Sequence record: SRR31156797_1515
DNA: 20,888 nt
Direction: 5' to 3' (one strand)
This document shows positions 16,982 through 20,888 of this stretch, in pieces (within the stretch, counting starts at the first letter, position 1; the number at the start of each line of letters is the position of its first letter). Both the position numbers and the translations under genes were made by a program. The notes under the pieces are model-generated. The model was not told the origin of the DNA. It worked only from the letters and a program-made list of their open reading frames with translations, and searched no databases.

Positions 16982-17606
16982 GATTGCCAAATCTTTATTT
17001 GACAGGAAGCTAACGGATGCTGCTGGTGGCAATATCTCTATAAAAGTTTCAGAAGATCATTTCTTGATGACACCTACTTTGGCATCTGTTCAGTATCTTT
17101 GGGAATTAGAGGCAGCGCAAATTCTTTTGGTAGATAAGAAACTATCCCTCATCGAAGGTACTGGTCGCTTGACCAGGGAAATCAATATGCATATGAGTTT
17201 TTATCACTCAGATCCACGGATCAAAGCAGTGATTCATGCTCATCCATTAAATTTGATGGTTTACAGTTGTATAGGGACTGATATGCCCATCGTCTGTGAA
17301 AACCTTCGTCTCGGACCGGATGCGATCCGTTGTTTGGATTATGCACCTGCAACAACTGAAAAGTTAGCACACTTGGTTGGTGACTACTCTCAAAACATGG
17401 TGACAAATGAAGAAAAACTACCTTATGGAATGTTATTGCGAGAACATGGGGTAATTGTTGGAGCCGCTAATTTGGCTTTTGCAAATGATTATCTGGAAAG
17501 ACTAGAAACAAATGCTTATGTGCATTTACATTCGCAAGCGCTTCTCCAGCAGGGCTATGAATATTATACTGACAAAACAAACGTTACCTATGAATCCCAT
17601 GAATGA
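16947..17606 (+). CDS. Class II aldolase/adducin family protein (FucA/AraD/RhaD superfamily)
   Basis: GGNIS, MTPT, TREINMH, VIHAH and LLREHG (three Zn-binding His). ATG at 16947 follows AGGAGG and overlaps the regulator's end by 35 nt. Confidence 0.9.
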   Translation: MDYLEERKFICKIAKSLFDRKLTDAAGGNISIKVSEDHFLMTPTLASVQYLWELEAAQILLVDKKLSLIEGTGRLTREINMHMSFYHSDPRIKAVIHAHPLNLMVYSCIGTDMPIVCENLRLGPDAIRCLDYAPATTEKLAHLVGDYSQNMVTNEEKLPYGMLLREHGVIVGAANLAFANDYLERLETNAYVHLHSQALLQQGYEYYTDKTNVTYESHE

Positions 17607-17623
17607 AGATTGGAGGAGAGTGG

Positions 17624-18664
17624 ATGAGGGCTGGTTTCTTAATTGGACTGAATGAATTTGAGATTCGAGAAATGGATGTTCCACAATGCCATCAGAATGA
17701 AGTGATTGTAAAAGTAGAAGCTTCAGGAATCTGTGGGTCAGATATCCACAAAATGAGTAAAGGCTGGAAATACAAGTTACCCATGATCATGGGGCACGAG
17801 ATGGCTGGGACTATTGTAAAAGTTGGTCGTTCTGTTCATCATTTAAAAAAAGACGATCGGGTCGCTGTTGTCCCGTTTATTCCTTGTCGTAACTGTGCAT
17901 ACTGTGCTATCGGGAAGTATCAATTATGTACGGACTATATCATGATGGGATCGCAACGGTTTGGGGGATTTGCAGAGTACGTCTCCGTGCCAGCGAGCAA
18001 TATCGTGAAAATAGGGACTAAGTTGTCTTTTGAAGAAGCGGCCATGATTGAGCCTCTTGCTGTCTCAGCGCATGGTGTTTATGGAATCGAACCTAAAGTG
18101 GGCGATGTCGTTGCAGTTTTTGGGTTAGGAACGATTGGATTGCTGACGATCCAATGGTTAAAAATTGCGGGTGTGAAAACGATCATTGGCATTGATATTC
18201 AATCAGAGAAACTGGAACAAGCAATAGATTTAGGTGTCACCGATACGATTAATCCTAGTCTTCAAGATCTTGAAACAGAGATCTCCCGAATAACGGATGG
18301 TTTAGGCGTGGATATTGCAATGGAATGTGCAGGTACTAAAATAACCGAAGAGCAATGTCTCTTAGTGACAAAAAAAGGCGGGAAAATTGGATTTCAAGGG
18401 ATCGCTTATTCTGATGTTTTGATTAGACAACGGGCATTTGAAAAAATCTTTCGCAGTGAATTAACCATTAAGGGTTTTTGGAATAGTTATTCTGCGCCTT
18501 TCCCAGGTAAAGAATGGTTTGATTCAATCACCTTTTTAGAAAGCGGACGCTTGAGTGTCAGTCATATGATTTCCCATCGCTTTCCATTAGAGGATCTTCA
18601 AAGAGCATTTGATTTAGCGGTAAATAGAAGTGAAAGCTTTAATAAAATAATGATCATGCTCTAA
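17624..18664 (+). CDS. Zn-dependent galactitol-1-phosphate 5-dehydrogenase-like (GatD-like) dehydrogenase
   Basis: GICGSD, GHE, CRNCAYC...C, GLGTIG and C-terminal GFWNSYSAPFPGKEW typical of GatD-like enzymes. ATG at 17624 follows GGAGGAG. Confidence 0.85.
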   Translation: MRAGFLIGLNEFEIREMDVPQCHQNEVIVKVEASGICGSDIHKMSKGWKYKLPMIMGHEMAGTIVKVGRSVHHLKKDDRVAVVPFIPCRNCAYCAIGKYQLCTDYIMMGSQRFGGFAEYVSVPASNIVKIGTKLSFEEAAMIEPLAVSAHGVYGIEPKVGDVVAVFGLGTIGLLTIQWLKIAGVKTIIGIDIQSEKLEQAIDLGVTDTINPSLQDLETEISRITDGLGVDIAMECAGTKITEEQCLLVTKKGGKIGFQGIAYSDVLIRQRAFEKIFRSELTIKGFWNSYSAPFPGKEWFDSITFLESGRLSVSHMISHRFPLEDLQRAFDLAVNRSESFNKIMIML

Positions 18665-18700
18665 AAAAACATTTGAGTACAATATAAACCGATTGTTTTC

Positions 18701-18753
18701 AAAACCATATTTATTCAGTAAGTTTTAACAAGCTGTATGGATATGGTTTTTTT
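18701..18753 (+). terminator. Intrinsic terminator of the PTS operon
   Basis: AAAACCATATTTA...TGGATATGGTTTT followed by a T run. Confidence 0.7.
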
Positions 18754-18814
18754 GATTTGCTACTCTGATTACAGAGGTTGCTCCTTCTAAAACCTGTCCC
18801 ACTCAAAGACATCG

Positions 18815-18843
18815 TTGCATTTTCAGAAATGAAACGGTAAACT
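18815..18843 (+). promoter_or_regulatory. SigA-type promoter of pyrD
   Basis: TTGCAT-17 bp-TAAACT. Confidence 0.6.
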
Positions 18844-18870
18844 AGTTGAAAAGATTGGAGGAATGAATCA

Positions 18871-19809
18871 ATGTTAGCTACGAATTTTGGGAAATATACA
18901 TACAAAAATCCGTTTATGAACGCCTCAGGAGTCCATTGTATGACGATCGAGGAATTAGATGAATTAGCGGCATCAGCAGCTGGGGCATTTGTCACGAAGA
19001 GTGCAACGCTAGAAGCACGTGCGGGAAATCCAGAACCACGTTATACCGATTTACCGTTAGGAAGCATCAATTCGATGGGATTACCAAATCTAGGGGTGGA
19101 CTACTACTTAGACTATGCCATCAAAAAACAGCAGGAAATGACCCAGCAAGCGCCCTTCTTTTTCTCTGTCGCTGGTATGAGCGTGGCTGAAAACATTGAG
19201 TTATTGAAGAAAATCCAAGAAAGTGATTTTGAAGGAATCACAGAGTTAAATCTTTCTTGTCCAAACGTGCCAGGAAAACCCCAAGTTGCCTATGATTTTC
19301 CTTTGACCGATCAAATTCTGGAAACAGTCTTTGGTTTTTTCACAAAACCTTTAGGTGTCAAATTGCCGCCATACTTTGATTTGGCGCACTTTGATGAGAT
19401 GGCTAAGATATTGAACAAGTATCCGTTAACTTATATCAATTCAATCAATAGTATTGGGAATGCTTTATTCATTGATCCTGCTACTGACTCAGTAGTTATC
19501 AAACCAAAAGATGGTTTTGGCGGTTTGGGAGGCGAATATGTGAAACCAACGGCATTAGCCAATGTGCGGGCTTTCTATACACGTCTCAAGCCAGAAATCA
19601 AAATTATCGGTACTGGTGGGATTCGTAATGGTCAAGATGCGTACGAACATTTGTTATGTGGCGCTTCTATGTTGCAGATCGGCACAGAGCTGCAAAAAGA
19701 AGGACCGGTGATCTTTGAACGATTGACGAAAGAATTAGCAGCGATCATGAAAGAAAAAGGGTATCAATCAATCAGTGAGTTCCAGGGGAAATTAAAAACG
19801 ATTGATTAA
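18871..19809 (+). CDS. pyrD: Dihydroorotate dehydrogenase class 1A (fumarate-dependent, PyrDA)
   Basis: [39 protein letters not shown] and FGGLGG. No adjacent pyrK. Confidence 0.95.
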   Translation: MLATNFGKYTYKNPFMNASGVHCMTIEELDELAASAAGAFVTKSATLEARAGNPEPRYTDLPLGSINSMGLPNLGVDYYLDYAIKKQQEMTQQAPFFFSVAGMSVAENIELLKKIQESDFEGITELNLSCPNVPGKPQVAYDFPLTDQILETVFGFFTKPLGVKLPPYFDLAHFDEMAKILNKYPLTYINSINSIGNALFIDPATDSVVIKPKDGFGGLGGEYVKPTALANVRAFYTRLKPEIKIIGTGGIRNGQDAYEHLLCGASMLQIGTELQKEGPVIFERLTKELAAIMKEKGYQSISEFQGKLKTID

Positions 19810-19866
19810 GAACGACTTTGAATGCTTTACTATCCGCTTCTTTTTATAGAAGAAAGGTGGTTTTTA

Positions 19867-20388
19867 ATGGAGAAGTTTCGTAAAACAACGGAGGATGATC
19901 TGGTTGAGTTGATGGCGCTTTTTGAAGAAGGCATTGCTTTCTTAAAAGCACAAGGATCTCCGCAATGGCAAGATGGGTACGGTCCTAAAGAAAATCAAAT
20001 CAAAGCAGATATTGCCAATGGTGAAAGCTATGTGTTGGTGAAAGATGGAAAAATCGCAGCGTCTGCAGCGTTGGTTTCTGGTGATGATCCTGTCTACAAC
20101 GCAATTACCGGCGCAGGGTGGGATGGAAACGGTCCATATCTATCCATTCATCGCGTCGTTGTCAGTTCTCATTTTAAAGGGCAAAAGTTAAGCGCCAAAT
20201 TGCTGCAAGCTCTTGAAGTGGTTGCATTAGAGCAAGGAATCGTTGATTTACGTATCGATACGTATAAAGCTAATATTGGTATGCAAAAGAATATTCAAGC
20301 AGCTGGCTATCAATACAAAGGAGAGGTAACATTCCCTTTTCCGAACGGAGAGCGATTGGCTTTTCAAAAACGTTTGACCGCAAGCTAA
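19867..20388 (+). CDS. GNAT family N-acetyltransferase
   Basis: QWQDGYG, IHRVVVSSHFKGQKLS and RIDTYKANIGMQ. ATG at 19867 follows AGAAAGG. Confidence 0.85.
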   Translation: MEKFRKTTEDDLVELMALFEEGIAFLKAQGSPQWQDGYGPKENQIKADIANGESYVLVKDGKIAASAALVSGDDPVYNAITGAGWDGNGPYLSIHRVVVSSHFKGQKLSAKLLQALEVVALEQGIVDLRIDTYKANIGMQKNIQAAGYQYKGEVTFPFPNGERLAFQKRLTAS

Positions 20389-20474
20389 GCATTCTATTCC
20401 ATTAGTGTCACTTGGCTGAATTAATGGAATAGTTGTGTCAAAGTGAATTTTTGGTATGAAAATGCGGATAATGG

Positions 20475-20503
20475 TTGTCAGAATCCTTTCGGCTTGCTAA
20501 GAT
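20475..20503 (+). promoter_or_regulatory. SigA-type promoter of the small ORF
   Basis: TTGTCA-17 bp-TAAGAT with extended TG. Confidence 0.6.
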
Positions 20504-20526
20504 AAGCACGTAAAGGACGGTGCCAA

Positions 20527-20712
20527 ATGAAGAAAAGAATCAAAAAGAAAAAAGCTTATAAAAAATATATCCATGATATTTTTGCGGGTTATGAAGAAAT
20601 GCTTGAGAATCCAGCGATCAATGAGAAGAAGTTTTCTTATCTGAAAGAAGAAACAACCTTAAAACGAGACGATCAAAATCAGATCCGTTTTCGTACGATC
20701 GATATTGATTAA
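20527..20712 (+). CDS. Small hypothetical protein (61 aa, lysine-rich N-terminus)
   Basis: Has its own promoter, an AAAGGA RBS and a downstream terminator. Confidence 0.7.
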   Translation: MKKRIKKKKAYKKYIHDIFAGYEEMLENPAINEKKFSYLKEETTLKRDDQNQIRFRTIDID

Positions 20713-20737
20713 ACTACCTATTTTGGGTAGTTTTTTT
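20711..20737 (+). terminator. Intrinsic terminator
   Basis: AAACTACCTA-TTT-TGGGTAGTTT followed by a T run. Confidence 0.8.
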
Positions 20738-20764
20738 GTTTATCTCGACTTAGTTGAAAATATT

Positions 20765-20888
20765 TCAGAAAAAAGCTTGCTCTTTCATTCTTAGAATGAT
20801 AAAGTATTCAACGTTGGCAATTGAGCCAGCGGGTCAAAAAAGCTTTTGAAAAAACTTCAAAAAAGACTTGACCAAAAATGAAACAGAT
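20765..20888 (+). promoter_or_regulatory. Tandem strong promoters (P1 and start of P2), probably of an rRNA/tRNA operon beyond the window
   Basis: P1 is an A-tract plus TTGCTC-17-TAAAGT with extended TG (20777-20805). A second A-tract plus TTGACC lies at 20868-20873, ~90 bp downstream. No ORF or RBS. Confidence 0.55.

Noticed and set aside
18760-18810. PyrR attenuator upstream of pyrD
   Set aside because: No AGTCCAGAGAGGCT-type loop, and the small hairpin lies upstream of the predicted promoter.
13854-18995. Antisense ORFs 13854-14219, 15668-15871, 17221-17406 and 18711-18995
   Set aside because: Antisense shadows of the PTS operon and pyrD genes.
20394-20432. Hairpin CTATTCCATTAG/TTAATGGAATAG after the second GNAT as a terminator
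   Set aside because: The stem is real but has no clear U-tract, so it was not called.

Overview
Chromosomal window from a low-GC Firmicute, most likely Enterococcus (casseliflavus/gallinarum-like; inferred from gene content and signals, not proven). Bases 1-10272 hold housekeeping genes: a PiT phosphate transporter with its DUF47 partner, uppP, a histidine phosphatase, an MBL hydrolase, a GNAT, a lipoprotein, a PD-(D/E)XK nuclease fused to an XPD/DinG Fe-S helicase, yajQ, a YitT protein and a DUF59/SufT protein. About 10.3-18.8 kb is a more AT-rich accessory block with no integrase or transposase. It carries a DUF2500-like gene, an ORF-free ~300 nt stretch that folds into three stem-loop domains plus a terminator (candidate ncRNA), and a 7-gene galactitol-family PTS operon (Zn-dehydrogenase, IIB, IIC, IIA, PRD activator, class II aldolase, second Zn-dehydrogenase) that contains no kinase. 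The window ends with class 1A dihydroorotate dehydrogenase, a GNAT, a 61-aa basic protein and tandem promoters resembling an rRNA operon upstream region. The best leads are the kinase-free polyol pathway with its operator, the candidate structured RNA just upstream of it, and the nuclease-helicase next to DUF59. All family calls come from motif recognition; no searches were run.
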